The notes under the pieces are model-generated. The model saw nothing but the letters and a program-made list of their open reading frames with translations. It was not told the origin of the DNA and did no database searches. A stretch of DNA of 64,000 nt, taken from the NCBI GenBank assembly GCA_030390025.1, contig JASTWF010000595.1:124001-188000 (forward strand), given 5' to 3'. The position numbers and the translations under genes are program-made. The stretch is from Squalus acanthias (lineage: Eukaryota). Below are positions 25,678-38,894 of the stretch, piece by piece (positions within the stretch are counted from its first letter, which is position 1; each line of letters begins with the position of its first letter).

Positions 25678-26408
25678 GGGGGTGAAATTGAGTGCCTTTG
25701 CGCCTCCGGTTAACGCCCCGGCGGGTGAGGGGGGGGGGCAGAGTCGTGCATTGAGAAGTGTGAGAGGCAAGCGGCTTAGCGACCGGTCGCCATATTCGGC
25801 GGGAGTTTTGCGGCGGCGCTACGGCGTTGCGCCCCGATTTCCTTCGCCCGGAGATTGTGACATCATCACCGTGCCATCGCCCCAGTCTCGAAATTGACTT
25901 CCGCCCCCTGCAGCAGCGCCGGTCGAAAACACCGACAGCTGCAGGAGGCGTGCATCGGGCGGCCGGCCACTTCAGGGGCGATGATTAAAGGCGAGGTGGC
26001 CGAGGTAAGTAAAAAAAAAACTTACCTTTCCTGTTCTAGTTTTTTTTTGCGTGTTCCTGCCCGCGATCGATCAGCCTGGCACTCTGCTTGAGTGCCGGGC
26101 TGATCGCATGGGATCGCAGCTGCCTTGGTGGTCCAGGTAGGTACTTTTTCTATTGCAGAGCCTGCAGTGATGAGTGATGGCCCTTCCCTTTAAGGGAGGG
26201 AAGGAGCCTTTGAACACGGCAGCGCTGCATGGCCCATTGTCTCCGCCCCGCTCTCCGGTGTTAGCGCTCCAAGGGAAGTGGTAGCACTTGATTTAGCGCT
26301 CCGCTTCCCTCTTGGGGCGCTAAAACTCAATTTTGCGGTCGCCGGCGCTAATTAGCGGCGGACACTAAAGTTAGCGCCCCAAAATGGTCGATACCGAATT
26401 TTTCCCCC
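25678..26408. mobile_element. Harbinger MITE (731 bp) nested in element C
   Basis: TIR GGGGGTGAAATT / AATTTTTCCCCC, TSD CTT; GC/CpG-rich with repeated TTAGCGC motifs. Confidence 0.88.
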
Positions 26409-26526
26409 CTTTAGTGCCCAGCACGAATTTTTCTCTTTTACCAGCACAACCATTTTCAGCGGCCGTTAACCTGAGGCCATGATAACACCAGCAACGTTCA
26501 TGTCGCAGTCCAATTTCTAGGCCATA

Positions 26527-27233
26527 GGGGGGAAAATTCGGTTGCTTTGCGCTCCGTTAGGTGCAAAGCAACTAGCGCCCGGGTGCGGCGCCGCTAACGC
26601 CTCCCGCAAAATTCAGCGGGAGGTTAGTGGTGGCGGTAGCCGGTAGCGCCCCGCCTTCGGTGATGACATCATCGCCGTGCGCAGCGCCCCGCTCGCACCC
26701 CGGCCGCAAATTTGGCTCACGCCCCCTGATCTATCACCAGACACTATGTCCAACAGGGTCAGGGGGGCGTTCTTGCGGCCGGGGAGGCGATAATTAAAGG
26801 GCAGGTGCCCAGCGGCAATTTTTTTTTGGGCCGCCTGCCAGCACCTGCCCCCTCTGGCCTCCTCCCACAGGATGGCGGCTGTGATCGGCGCTCCTCTTGA
26901 GTGCCAGGCTCTTTTGCCGGCACCCCACTCCCTGGTGGCCCAGCAGGGCCCCGGTGCGTGCTGCACTAGGCCCCTCCCCTTTAATCAGGGGAGGGAGGCC
27001 TGCAATAGCGTGACGCTACATGCCAGCACGAATGGCGCTGCTGCACGTAGCGCCGCGATATTGAATTGGAGCGCCCCAAGAGGGAGGGGGAGCGCTTCTA
27101 GTAGTGCCCCACCTCCTGCTTGGGACGCTATCATTCAATTTCGGGCGCGGGGGTGACAACATTTTCGGGGCGCTAAAAGTAGTGCCCCGGCCAAGTTAGC
27201 ATCCCAAAGGGGGCGCGAGCCAATTTTTTTCCC
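26527..27233 (+). mobile_element. Harbinger MITE (707 bp) abutting element C
   Basis: TIR GGGGGGAAAATT / AATTTTTTTCCC; ATA on both sides (26524-26526, 27234-27236). Confidence 0.88.
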
Positions 27234-27475
27234 ATAGAATCTTACAGCACAAAAGGAGGCCATTCGGCCCGTCACGCCTGTGCTGGCTTTGTGAAAGAGC
27301 TGTCCAATTTAGTCCCACACACCAGCAAATTAGTCCACTTCATGTACGTGTTCAATTGCATTTTCAAAGTTCCTATGGAATCTGATTCCACCACCCTTTC
27401 ACGTAGTGCGTTCCAGATCTTAACAACACTCTGTGTGAAGAGATTTTTCCTCATTTCCCTTCTAACTCTTATAAA
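27234..27475 (-). mobile_element. CR1 3' end whose ATAGAATC tail received the two Harbinger insertions
   Basis: KNLFTQSVVKIWNAL ORF remnant; GGAGGCCATTCGGCCC 3' UTR; tail continues at 23565-23575. Confidence 0.85.
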
Positions 27476-27499
27476 ATGCCAATTAGGTCACCAATAGAA

Positions 27500-28125
27500 A
27501 ATAAATTAACAAAAGTGCCACCTTTTTAAATGGAGCACAACCAATAAACTCCAAATTATAAATAAAATGAAAGGACACATCAAATTAAAGCAAAATGTGG
27601 TTCCTGGTGTCAATCATGCATTCCAGTCCCTCCGGTACTGACCGGTTGCAGAAGGGCTCAAGTGCACCCACAGACACCGCGTGCTCCCTCTCCAGGGACA
27701 CGAGGTGCAGACATAGCCACGGAAGAGAGGCAGGCACACGGGCCGAACAACCCCCTCGACCGCACACTGCCTAGACCCGTGGATGGCCACCTTGGCCAGG
27801 CCCAGGAGCAGTCCCACGAAGAGGTCCTCCGACTTGCCCACTCCCCTCCGTACTGGGTGGCCAAAGATCAGGAGCGCGGGACTGAAGTGCAGCCAGAAAT
27901 TGAGGAGGAGTCCCTTTAAATAACGGAAGAGGGGCTGCCACCTCTCACACTTCAAGTAAATAGGAAACACGGACTCATCCGGGCCGCAAAAATTGCAGGC
28001 ACCTTGGGAGTCCGTGAATCTGTTTAAAAAAAGAACCTACTTGACGGGACTGCTCCGTGCAACATTCTCCACGCCAGATCCCCAATGGAACAGGGCAGGA
28101 TTCCCCCTCTACTGGGGACCCCAAC
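27500..28125 (-). mobile_element. Tx1/L1-type LINE ORF2 3' fragment
   Basis: CNFCGPDESVFPIYLKC (degenerate zf-RVT knuckle), then LLIFG...LLLGLAKVAIH.SR, typical of the Tx1 ORF2 C-terminus. Confidence 0.75.
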
Positions 28126-29019
28126 TCTGCCAAATGGCAAGATGGAACACCAGGGTGTTCATTTCCCCTCTCGTTCTTTTGCTAATCTGTTGTGTATGAC
28201 ATTTGAAGCAAAAGATGAAGCGATGCTATTCAATGACACCTGTACTGATGAATTGAGAGATGAAGAATTCCACCAGCTGTTACCTTTTGATGCGTATCAT
28301 GCCTAAGTTACGCTGCCTTTGGACAGCAACCATATTCAAACCAGCATCAGGGCTATAAATATATCTAATAAAAATCAATGCATCGTTGTACCCAAATTTC
28401 TCCATTTTTTTTTTCTATTTGTTCCACTCACTCGTTATATTATTTAGGTATACTCTGCAATGCACAGCAACTTTTTAATTCCCATGGTTGTGGGAAATGT
28501 CGTCTTTCAGAAGAATAGAATTCTTTACACTTTCCGAGAAGACAGTAACAAATTTATGAGGGATATTGCAAATTCTGCCTGGCTCTGGGGTGAAATTGAA
28601 ACGTGTCAACACTGCAGAGAAAGAGGATCTTCTGGCGTCAACTTAAGCAACAATTGACTGGACTGGACACTGTCCTGCCAGACTGAAGCAAGTCTGGACA
28701 GTTTTCGGAAGGACAAAAGACTGAGACCATCAATCTTCCACCTTATCCCCAGTTCGGCAATACAACATATAAAGAAATCTATTACTACTGCCCTAGAATA
28801 TACACAGGATAGAGAATCTCATCTAATCCACAATGACTATACAAAGTGAGCGTGCCCTTTCCTCAAAGTCACAGCACTGAGCTTCCCAAAACCAGCAAGA
28901 AATAATATCAAAGAGGCTTTAGTTTCATGTTTAATGGTTTCTAGTTTATTCATTTTGTCTGTCAAATGTCAACCTTCATTTTGTTTGGAGACACGACACA
29001 GAAAATGTGTTGAACTTTA

Positions 29020-29023
<4 letters not shown>

Positions 29024-29050
<27 letters not shown>
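29024..29050. repeat. (CA)n microsatellite
   Basis: Directly visible. Confidence 0.95.
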
Positions 29051-29053
<3 letters not shown>

Positions 29054-29593
29054 GGAAGGTCTTCACAGTCATTTTAAACGAAGCTGCAATAACACTGCTG
29101 TATTGTTCAACTGTCCCAAACAGAAAGTGGCCACATGTCAAGAATGCTCTTTCTACAAACACAGGTACTTGGAGCAACCTATGGCAAAATGAGAGAATAG
29201 GAATTCCTGTCAAATCCAAAACTTGGCTCATCTAGTTTTATTTCCACTGCCTCAGCTCTCTGATGTCCATATTAGGATAGCTCAGATTCAGATTCGGTTT
29301 CTTGAGAAACAACAGAAGGTCCAAATTTTGCAATTGCTTTTGTTTTTTTGCTGGGAAACAGGAATCTCTTATCAAGAGTTTTAGAAGCTTCCATCACTTC
29401 CTCAAGCCCAGAAGCGAAATGTCTAACTTTAACAAACCATCTTTTAAAGGATGCCACTGGATGACTCTCACATTTACCTTCATAATACCAATTACTGCTA
29501 CCCAAAAGCAAATCATTATGTGAAAGGCTGTGAGATGTTTCAGCAACTTGATAAGGTTATATCACTGAAACTCACTCTCAGATAAGAAAGACT

Positions 29594-30045
29594 AACTTGC
29601 ATTTCTAGAGCACCCTTCATGACCTCAGGACGTCTCATAGCACGTTACAGCCAACAAAGTACTTTTGAAATGTAATTACTGCTGTAATGTAGGAAATGCT
29701 GCAGCCAATTTGTGAACAGCAAGCTCCCACAAACAGCAATGTGATAATGACCAGATAATCTGATGATGATGTTGGTTGAGGGATTAATATTGGCCAGAAT
29801 GCTGGGAAGAACTCCCCTGCTCTTCTTCGAATAGTGGTAGATCTTTTCCAACCAGCTGAAAGGGCAGATGGGGTCACGATTTAACTTCTCATCTGAAAGA
29901 CGGCACTCAACAGTGCAGCATTCCCTCAGTACTGCATTGCATTGTCAGTCTAGATTTTTGTGCTCAAGTCTTTGGAGTGGGCCTTGAACCCACAATCTTC
30001 AGACTCAGAAGCAGAGGCAGTGTGCTATCAACTGAGCCACAGCTA
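29594..30045 (-). mobile_element. tRNA/Deu-type SINE
   Basis: Colinear with 3655-4088, including A and B boxes. Confidence 0.85.
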
Positions 30046-30281
30046 ACACCGATACTCATTATTCTGTATATAACAACAACAACCTGCATTTATATAGTGC
30101 CTTTAAGATAGTAAAATGTCCGAAGACACTTCACAAGAACGTTATCAAATAAAATTTACACCGAGCCACAAAAGGATATATTAGGACAAGTGACCAAAAA
30201 CTTGGGCAAATAAAGGATGGGATAAAGACAGTAAAGAGAAAGGATCTTAGCTCTGAAAATCAAGAAGTAGAATCAATTTGG

Positions 30282-32501
30282 GTGGAGCTAAGAAACAGCA
30301 AGGGGCAGAACACATTGGTGGGAGTTGTTTATAGGCCCCCAAACAGTAGCTGTAATGTAGGGCAGAGTATAAATCAGGAAATTAGAGGTGCATGTAACAA
30401 GGGTAATACAACAATCATGGGGGACTTTAATCTACATATAGACTGGGCAAACCAAATTTGCAGTAAAAGTGTGGAGGACAAATTCATAGAATGTATGCAA
30501 GATAGTTTTCTAGATCAGTATGTTGAGGAACCAACTAGGGAACAGGCTATTTTAGATCGAGTATTGTGCCATGAGAAGGGGTTAATTAATAACCTTGTAG
30601 TAAAGGGGCCTTTAGGGAAGAGTGACCATAATATGATAGAATTTTATATTGAGTTTGAAAGTGATTTAGTTAAATCCGAAACTAGGGTCTTAAATCTAAA
30701 CAAAGCAAACTATGTAGGTATGAAGGGTGAGTTGGCTAAGGTAGATTGGGAAACTACATTAAAAGGTATGATGGTAGACAAGCAATGGCTAGCATTTAAA
30801 GAATTAATACATAATTTACAACAAATATACATTCCTTTAAGACACAAAAACCCCACAGGAAAAGTGGTCCAACCGTGGCTAACAAGAGAAGTTAAAGATA
30901 GTATTAGATCAAAGGAAGAGGCTTATAATGTTGCCAAAAAGAGTAGTAAGCCTGAGAATTGGGAGGATTTTCGAATTCAGCAAAGGAGGACCAAGATATT
31001 GATAAAGAAAGGGAAAATAGAATATGAGAGTAAACTAGCGAGAGACATAAAAACAGACTGTAAAAGCTTCTATAGGTATGTAAAAAGGAAAAGATTAGCG
31101 AAAGTAAATGTGGGTCCCTTACAGGCTGAGACAGGCGAAATTTTAATGGGGAATAAGGAAATGGCAGAGAAATTAAACAAATACTTTGTGTCTGTCTACA
31201 CAGAAGAAGATGCAAAAAACTTCCCGGAAATAGTGGAGAACCAAGGGTCGAGTGAGAATGAGGAACTGAAAGAAATTAGTATTAGTAAAAAAATAGTACT
31301 GGAGAAATTAATGGGACTGAAAGCCAATAAATCCCTTGGACCTGATGGCCTACATCCTAGGGTTTTGAAAGAGGTGGCTATAGAGATAGTGGATGCATTG
31401 GTTGTCATTTTCCAAAATTCCATAGTTTCTAGAACGGTTCCCATGGATTGGAAGGTAGCAAATGTAACCCAACTATTTAAGAAAGGAGGGAGAGAGAAAA
31501 TGGAGAACTACAGACCAGTTAGCCTGAAATCAGTAGTTGGGAAAATGCTAGAATCTATTATTAAGGACGTGGTAACAGGGTACTTAGAAAATAATAATAG
31601 GATTGGGCAGAGTCAACACGGATTTATGAAAGGGAAATCATGTTTGACAAATCTGTTAGAGTTTTTTGAGGTTGTAACTAGCAGAATAGATAAGGGGGAA
31701 CCACTGGATGTGGTGTATTTGGATTTTCAGAAGGCATTCGATAAGGTTCCACGCAAGAGATTATTAAACAAAATTAGGGCTCATGGGATTGGGGGTAATA
31801 TACTAGCATGGATTGAGGATTGGTTAATGGACAAAAAACAGAGAGTAGGAATAAACAGGTCATTTTCGGGTTGGCAGGCTGTAACTAGTGGGGTACTGCA
31901 AGGATCAGTGCTTGGGCCTCAGCTATTCACAATTTACATCAATGATTTGGATGAGGGGACCAAATGTAAGATAGCCAAGTTTGCTGATGATACAAAGCTG
32001 GGTGGGAATGTAAGTTGTGAGGAGGATGCAAGCACGCTTCAAGGGGATATAGACAGGCTAAGTGAGTGGGCAAGAACATGGCAAATGGAATATAACGTGG
32101 AGAAATGTGAAGTTATCCACTTTAGTAGGAAAAATAGAATAGCAGAGTATTTTTTAAATGGTGAGAGTTTGGGAAATGTTGGTGTTCAGAGGGACCTGGG
32201 TGTCCTTGTACACGAATCACTGAAAGTTAACATGCAGGTACAGCAAGCAATTAGGAAAGCAAATGGTATGTTGGCCTTTATTACAAGAGGATTTGAGTAT
32301 AAGAGTAAAGACGTCTTATTGCAATTATATAGGGCCCTGGTGAGACCACACCTGGAGTATTGTGTACAGTTTTGGTCTCCTTACCTAAGAAAAGATATAC
32401 CTGCCATAGAGGGTGTGCAACAAAGGTTCACCAGACTGATTCCTGGGATGTGGGCATTGTCCAATGAGGAGAGATTGAGTAGACTAGGCCTATATTCTCT
32501 A
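30282..32501 (+). pseudogene. CR1 ORF2 (partial endonuclease plus reverse transcriptase), open for ~740 codons
   Basis: YRPP, GDFN, SDHN (endonuclease); NYRPVSL, DFQKAFDK, QGSVLGP, FADD (RT); last ~28 aa of the called ORF are MITE read-through. Confidence 0.95.
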
Positions 32502-33395
32502 GGGGTAGAAATTAGGTCGCGCCCCATTTGGGGCGCAAATATCGTCCGGACGCAAATATTAGCGCCTGGCGCTAATTATCGGCACTGATGGGAAACTTCA
32601 CTTTTACCGCCCCGGGAGGTGAGTGGAGCGCTAAAGCAGGCGCTGCACACCTCTCTTAAGGCGCAAAGGCCGAGCAGTGAGGCGCTAACTCGGAGCGCTG
32701 GCGAAGCTCATGTAATGTCGGTCAGCAATGGAACACACACACAATGGCACGGGCCAGTTCTTAAAGGGGTTGGTTAATCTTGCTTTCCATCCACATCCTG
32801 TTCATTGCTGCCTTGAATCTCGGCCTGGAGAGACTTGCACATCAAATGTGCTGGAAAGAACAATGGAGAGCACCAGGCAAAGAGCTCAGAGTGCAGCTCC
32901 CACGGTCTCTGCTAAATCGATACAAGGAATGGCAAATGAAAATGAACCTGCAAAGTGCTGCTCAGTACCCAAAACTCCTTCACACAACGTTGAATCTCTC
33001 CAGAAGTCTCTCCCTCTCTCTCTCAGAATGCGTAGTTCAAAAATGCCACCAACAATAAAAGACAGGAAGAGGCCCCCTTTAAATAGCGCCCCCCCCCAGC
33101 CCCACAGCGATTGATAGCGTTCCAGTCTTCTGGTCATTGGAAGCGCCAGGCGGTAAGGCAGGGGGCGCCACTCAATTTCCGCTACGGGGCGCCCCAAGGG
33201 CGTTGCACCATGGAATGACGTCACAATCTGCGCGCGCAGGTGGTCGCAGCGGTAAGTTTTAGCGCCGCCGCACAATCTCAAGTTAAGTTCTCGAGCGGCG
33301 CAAACATCGCTGCGCCCGGGCGTTAGCGGCTTTGCGCCCCATTAGCGCCCTCTTAAGGCGCTAACGGGTGGCGCAACCAAGTGAATTTTTACCCC
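32502..33395 (+). mobile_element. Harbinger MITE M893 (894 bp)
   Basis: TIR GGGGTAGAAATT / AATTTTTACCCC, TSD CTA; removing it restores CR1 sequence TATTCTCTAGAGTTTAGAAGA. Confidence 0.96.
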
Positions 33396-35519
33396 CTAGA
33401 GTTTAGAAGAATGAGAGGCAATCCCATTGTAACAGACAGAATTCTCACAGGGCTTGACAGGGTAGATGCAGGGAGGATGTGGTGAATCTTTAGAATTCTT
33501 TACCCCAGAGGGCTGTGGAGGCTCAGTCGTTGAGTATATTCAAGACAGAGATCGATAGATTTTTTAATATTAAGGGAATCAAGCGATATGGGGATAGTGC
33601 AGGAAAGTGGAGTTGAGGTAGAAGATCAGCCATGATCTTATTGAATGGCAGAGCAGGCGTGAAGGGCCAAATGGCCTAATCCTGCTCCAATTTCTTATGT
33701 TCTTATGTAGGTTTTAAGAACATAAGAACATAAGAGTCTTTACTCTTATACTCAAATCCTCTTGTAATAAAGGCCAACATGCCATTTGCTGTCCTAATTG
33801 CTTGCTGTGTCTTAAAGGAGGAGAGAGCGAACTAGGGAGGGAATTCCAGAGATAAGGGCCTAGGCAGCTGAAGGCACGGCCACCAATGATGGAGTGATTA
33901 AAATCGGGGATGCGCAATAGGCCAGAATTGGAGGAGGGCAGAGATCTCGGAGGATTGTAGGGCTAGAGGGGGTTACAGAGGTAGGGAGGGGTGAGGCCAT
34001 CGAGGAATTTGAAAACAAGGATGAAAATTTTTTAATTGAGGTGTTGACAGACGAGGATCCAATGTAGGTCAGCGAGCACAGGGGTGATGGGTGAACGGGA
34101 CTTGGTGCAAGTTAGGATACGGGCAGCAGATTTTGAATGAGCTCAAGTTTACGGAGGGTGGAAAATGGGAGACCGACCAGGAGAGCATTGGAATAGTCAA
34201 GTCTAGGGGTAACAAAGGCATGGCTGAGGGTTTCAGCAGTGGATGAGCTGAGGCAGGGTCAGAGACGGGCGATGTTACGGAGGTCGAAATAGGCAGTCTT
34301 GGCGATGGAGCGGATATGTGAAGTACCTCTAACTTTCTGTCACATGATAGGGTTAAACTCAGTAGCCATAATGGCTGTGATTAGCAGCAGTAATGGAAGA
34401 AACAAGCTCCATTAGAGAAATGATGGGAAACTTTTTTAAATTGGAGGAAACTATACATTTTTTTAAAAAACAACACACCAATGTTTAGCAACATGTCCGA
34501 GGTTGGAACACACTCTCAGGATTCAGATTCTGTTTATAAATAGTCGAACTTCACAAGATTTAAGACATTGTCCTCGAGTGTGTTACTATCTTACAACACA
34601 CTTCCAGGCATTGTTTTTCTTCAAACAGCATATATAGGGGTTCAAACTCCCCAAACCCATTTCATGCAAGACTGTTATCGCAAGCACAGAAAAGAAAGAA
34701 GAGAGACTTTCATCCTGTTGGAATTAAAGCCTATCTTCGCGTGAAAGGACCAGTGCAATTTCAAACAAAGTTTTATGTGCAGAGGAATTTACCCCCCTTC
34801 ATTCTATCCCCTCCTCTCCCCAAGGTGCTAACTCATGTCTGGTACAGTTGCACGGACACTGCAGCCCTCACCCAAGTGGTCATTCTTCACATGGGAGCCT
34901 GGACAGTGGATGGCAGAAGGCTATTTGACTGTGGAGGGCATTACAGACAAACCGGAAGTTGTGTGCATGCTCACACACACACGCGCCAGCGGATAGCGAT
35001 CAGGGGCAGGAACACTGGTCCATACTTTTCCCTCCATAGTGCAGGAGCGATGAGGCTGATTGCAGCACCACAACTGCTCTCCCAGCTGAGAGCAGCTAAC
35101 ACAGCACAGACCATAGGTTGAACCTGGACCTTCATGGTCTGTATGCTGTGGTGTCTTTACCATGAAGTCATCAAGGGAGCTGTACTGCACATTTGTGACA
35201 AAGCAGTTCATGTATGGAAGGGAGGAGTTAAACACTCCTTCAAACGTGTCTTAAGTTTACTTCTTTTGCGCTCAAAAAACAGAGTGATCCAAATTCACGA
35301 GTGCACTTAAAATAGTCCAATCTGCTTCTTAATTAATGGTTTGATTGCTGATTTTCCTCCCTGGACATTGATGTCTGTGATTAGTTCACTGTGGAAAATG
35401 TGACTTGGAGGCAATAACTTGCAAAGTCAATTTCATGCCAGAAAACAAATCTTCTGCTGAGCATTAATAGCGCAAACACGCTACAGACAATTCCACCCCA
35501 GAATGATTTTAATTATGGC

Positions 35520-35825
35520 GCATTACATTACATAGAATATACAGCACAGAAACAGGCCATTTGCCCCAACTGGTCTGTGCTGGTGTTTATACCCCACACG
35601 AGTCTCCTCCCATTCCATCTGCCTCATCTCAGCCTTTCAGCGTTTCTTTCTATTCCTATTTCTCTCATGTACTCATCTAGTTTCCTTTTTGAAAGCATCT
35701 AAGCGATTTGCCGCAACCATTTCCTGTGGTAGGGAGTTCCACATTCTAACCACTCTCTGAGTAAGGAGATTTCTCCTCATTTCCCTATTGGATTTATGTG
35801 TAACTATCTTCTATTTATTGCTCCT
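35520..35825 (-). mobile_element. CR1 3' fragment
   Basis: CAGCACAGAAACAGGCCATT 3' UTR and RVVRMWNSL remnant. Confidence 0.75.
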
Positions 35826-37574
35826 TCATAACACAGGAACCCCCCCAGCTAATCAGTTTGCACGGTTTGTTATCAGATCTTGTGGTTGGAATTTTTATAC
35901 TAGAAGAACCAAACCCACAGCCAATTCCTGCACATCTGAATTGCTAAATTCTCACCAAATCCACAGAAAGTGCCTCCTGATGTGAGTAGATACATTCCCA
36001 AAGTCATCACCTAGGCGTTTTACAACATTTTCCAACGTTTTATCTAATTTCCTGAGGATGATTACTCATGTTGACTTTGAGGTACAGTTCCACACATGCC
36101 AGCAACCCTCTGTCCCCTCACCCAAGTTTCCATTCATGACGCATGAGCCTAGATCATGATTGCCAGGCAAGCTATTCCGTCATTGGAAGGGCTCACAGAC
36201 AAGCCCAGTCCTGTTCCCCCCGCAAAACATCCAGACGTGTGCACTCTTCAGCAGGGTTCACTGGTCAGTGACGAGAAGCAAGAACTGATTTTCTCTCCCT
36301 AGTATTGAGTGCAGTTGTATCGACCCAATCAATGCGATGGCCAAGATTAGCTGAAACAGAACAGAGCAGGGAACAAACCTGGGACTTTGTTGATCTGTAT
36401 GGCTCAGTATATTGCAGCACATTCACCTTGCACACTGTGGGCGGGGGTGGGGGGGGGGGGGCGAAATAACATTCTATTATACAGAATTAATAACTTTCCA
36501 TATCAGAATGAGTTGTACATTTCTTTCTCGGCACAGGGTGGGTGAATTTCAGGACCAAAGATCCTTTGGCCACTTTTTACATTCAATGTCAGCATCAACT
36601 GCTCGCATCTCAGGTACGTTATGATCTAACTTGAGGTTATAGATTTCCAGTGAAGAACATAATCCAGTGGTCTTAATAAACACAAGTTTTGTAGATTATT
36701 GGCTATATGTTTTTAAGTCTCTGATTTTGCTGTCAATACCATATATCTTTGCTATGTAACTTCATGTAGTAATAAAAGATCCAAACCATACTGGGTGTTT
36801 CAGGTCAATGCTCAGCCCTCTTCTGTGGAGTTGTGAGACATAAACAAAAGGGACACCGTTTTATATAATGGAAGAGAAGATTCTACCATAGTCAGGTCAA
36901 ATACCCCCTCAAGATTACTCGCCATCTGTATTCTGGTGTTATCCCTCTCCTTTTTTCAATCAAATTTCTATTTTATCGCCCCCATTGAAAATATTTACTG
37001 ATTATATATTACATATGGCTTTGCTTTTAGAACTTTGCAGTATTTCTTTCAACATAAACACGAATACCCGATTCTGTGTGAGAAAATGCAGAGGTCAGAT
37101 CTGTAGGATTAATGCACTCCAAATAATGAGATTACCAGTTCAAACCCATCAAGCTCAGTCTCGCCTTGAACATTCATCCTCATTTCAGAAGATCTTGTTT
37201 CTTTTGCTATACAACTCATAGACTACAGCAAAAAGTTCAAATTCTTTTAATATCTGCCAAGTTTCATAGAAAGCACCAAGTAATTTCTTGGAAAATTCAG
37301 TCGAATTGCTCAGAGATTGTTTCACATCCTCATAAAAAAAATTCAAATCATTTAGCCAGGCTACAACCATTTATTTTGATTACATTTTAAGTCATGTTCA
37401 TTAGGTTTATACCAGTGAAGTGGAGTGATTCCAGTTGACTTGGGTTTTATCATTCAGGCTTGAAAGGATTTACTGCTAAGCTTCCTCTGTCGGTCTGAGT
37501 GCTCCCAGATTACAGTAAGACTTTTTCTATAGACTCTGATTCCCCCACTCCCCAGGATTTTGCACTTTTTTTGT

Positions 37575-38060
37575 ATGAGGGAGAAGAGAAGGATGGAGAA
37601 TGAGACAGAAAGAGAAGAGCGAAAAAGAGAGCATGTGTAAGCAAGCATAGTGAGANNNNNNNNNNNNNNNNNNNNNNNNNNNNNNNNNNNNNNNNNNNNN
37701 NNNNNNNNNNNNNNNNNNNNNNNNNNNNNNNNNNNNNNNNNNNNNNNNNNNNNNNNNNNNNNNNNNNNNNNNNNNNNNNNNNNNNNNNNNNNNNNNNNNN
37801 NNNNNNNNNNNNATGGAGAAAGAGAGTGCGAAAGAGAGAGAAAAAGTAGAGAGAAAAGAGAGAAAGGAGAGAGAGAGAGAAAAGAGAAGAGAAAGAAGAG
37901 AAAGGAGAGAAGGGAGGGAGAGAGGGAGAGGAGAGAGAGAAGAGAAAGGAGAAAGAGAAAAGAGAGAAAGGAGAGAGAAAGAGAGAAGAGAGAGAAAAGA
38001 AAGAGAGAGAGACACACAGAGAAAAAAAGAGAGAATAAGAGAGAGAAAGAAAGAAGGTGA
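37575..38060. repeat. GA-rich low-complexity tract containing an assembly gap (N 37656-37812)
   Basis: Polypurine run with 157 N. Confidence 0.95.
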
Positions 38061-38894
38061 GATAAAAAATTCCCTTACTCTTTCTGGAGGAGCAATAGGG
38101 AACAGGACTTCAGGAGTAGCACTGATTGAGACAGAATTTCATGGAGCAATCCTAAAGATGAAATAAGGGAATGACAGATGGAGGTAAGGTGCGATCATAG
38201 ACTGGGACAGGAAGACAAATCAGAGGCAACTATTTTTAGTACTTTAGTGGCCATTTTAAAAGGGCACGAAAAATATAACCCACAACCACAAGTTTGTTAC
38301 TAGCCTGTCTGTCCCTCTGTTAGAATTAAGGGGTTCCTATAAGTTATGGGAATTCCGGTGGAGTAGAGTTTGCTATTGTCTGTTTGACTCCATCCATTCC
38401 TCCTCTAAGTATGATGACCATTGGGAATTGTTTGTTCTCTTTCTCTATCTTGTCTCCTTTGAAAATTCCTACGCATTCTCGTTTGTTTTAGTTCATCCTG
38501 TGGCCTAATTGTTATTTTTAGTGTTTCTGTGACCACTTTGGCTCACCAATCTTCAGCATTCCAAAGCTTGAGACTTTAATGAAGAAAACAAGGCTTTAAG
38601 GTTTTGAATGTTTTTCTTGTTCCATTAATGTTGGATATTTTGATAAACTGGTTCACCACTTCATGAAAGGTTGGATAGGGTGCATTTCTTTAACTTCCAG
38701 AGATGGACAATGCAATTAAACTTGTCCTTCACTGCAATATCAATAGCAACTTAAGCACCTTGGCTTTTTAAACAGAAATGAGTAGTTTCTAACTCAACTA
38801 AACAGAACTTACATTTGGATTGAGCAATAAACTCCCAACACAGTCACAATCACTGGTAAAAGAAAAAAAATAAACTAGCTTTAATTTAAATGGA

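Larger units (their letters stand above)
23576..26523 (-). mobile_element. PIF/Harbinger element C (degenerate, internally deleted)
   Basis: TIR GGGCTAAAAATT / AATTTCTAGGCC, TSD ATA; Myb exon 1 remnant WDQITEAV...WLQCPKKFHDL (minus, ~25095-25305); transposase C-terminal remnant TRQPLSGRDIRDEIIRPRY (plus, ~24260-24320). Confidence 0.85.
30210..33708 (+). mobile_element. 5'-truncated CR1 LINE interrupted by an M893 MITE
   Basis: ORF2 resumes after the MITE (LYSL|EFRRMRG); 3' UTR ends in TTCTTATG x2. Confidence 0.95.
30073..34322 (-). mobile_element. L2-type LINE 3' part, split by CR1 insertions (pieces 30073-30209, 33707-33718, 33807-34322)
   Basis: IGGRAFSCLGPYLWNSLP is the L2 C-terminal motif; the 3' end GCACTATATAAATGCAGG(TTG)n lies on the other side of the CR1. 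Confidence 0.75.

Noticed and set aside
29272-29511. Short ORFs in unique sequence as host exons (also 550-807, 28460-28657, 37185-37370, 58621-59076)
   Set aside because: No recognisable domain and no consistent splice-site and phase chain; lengths are compatible with chance.
37454-38166. Leu/Ser/Phe-rich and Arg/Glu-rich ORFs
   Set aside because: Low-complexity GA tract spanning an N gap.
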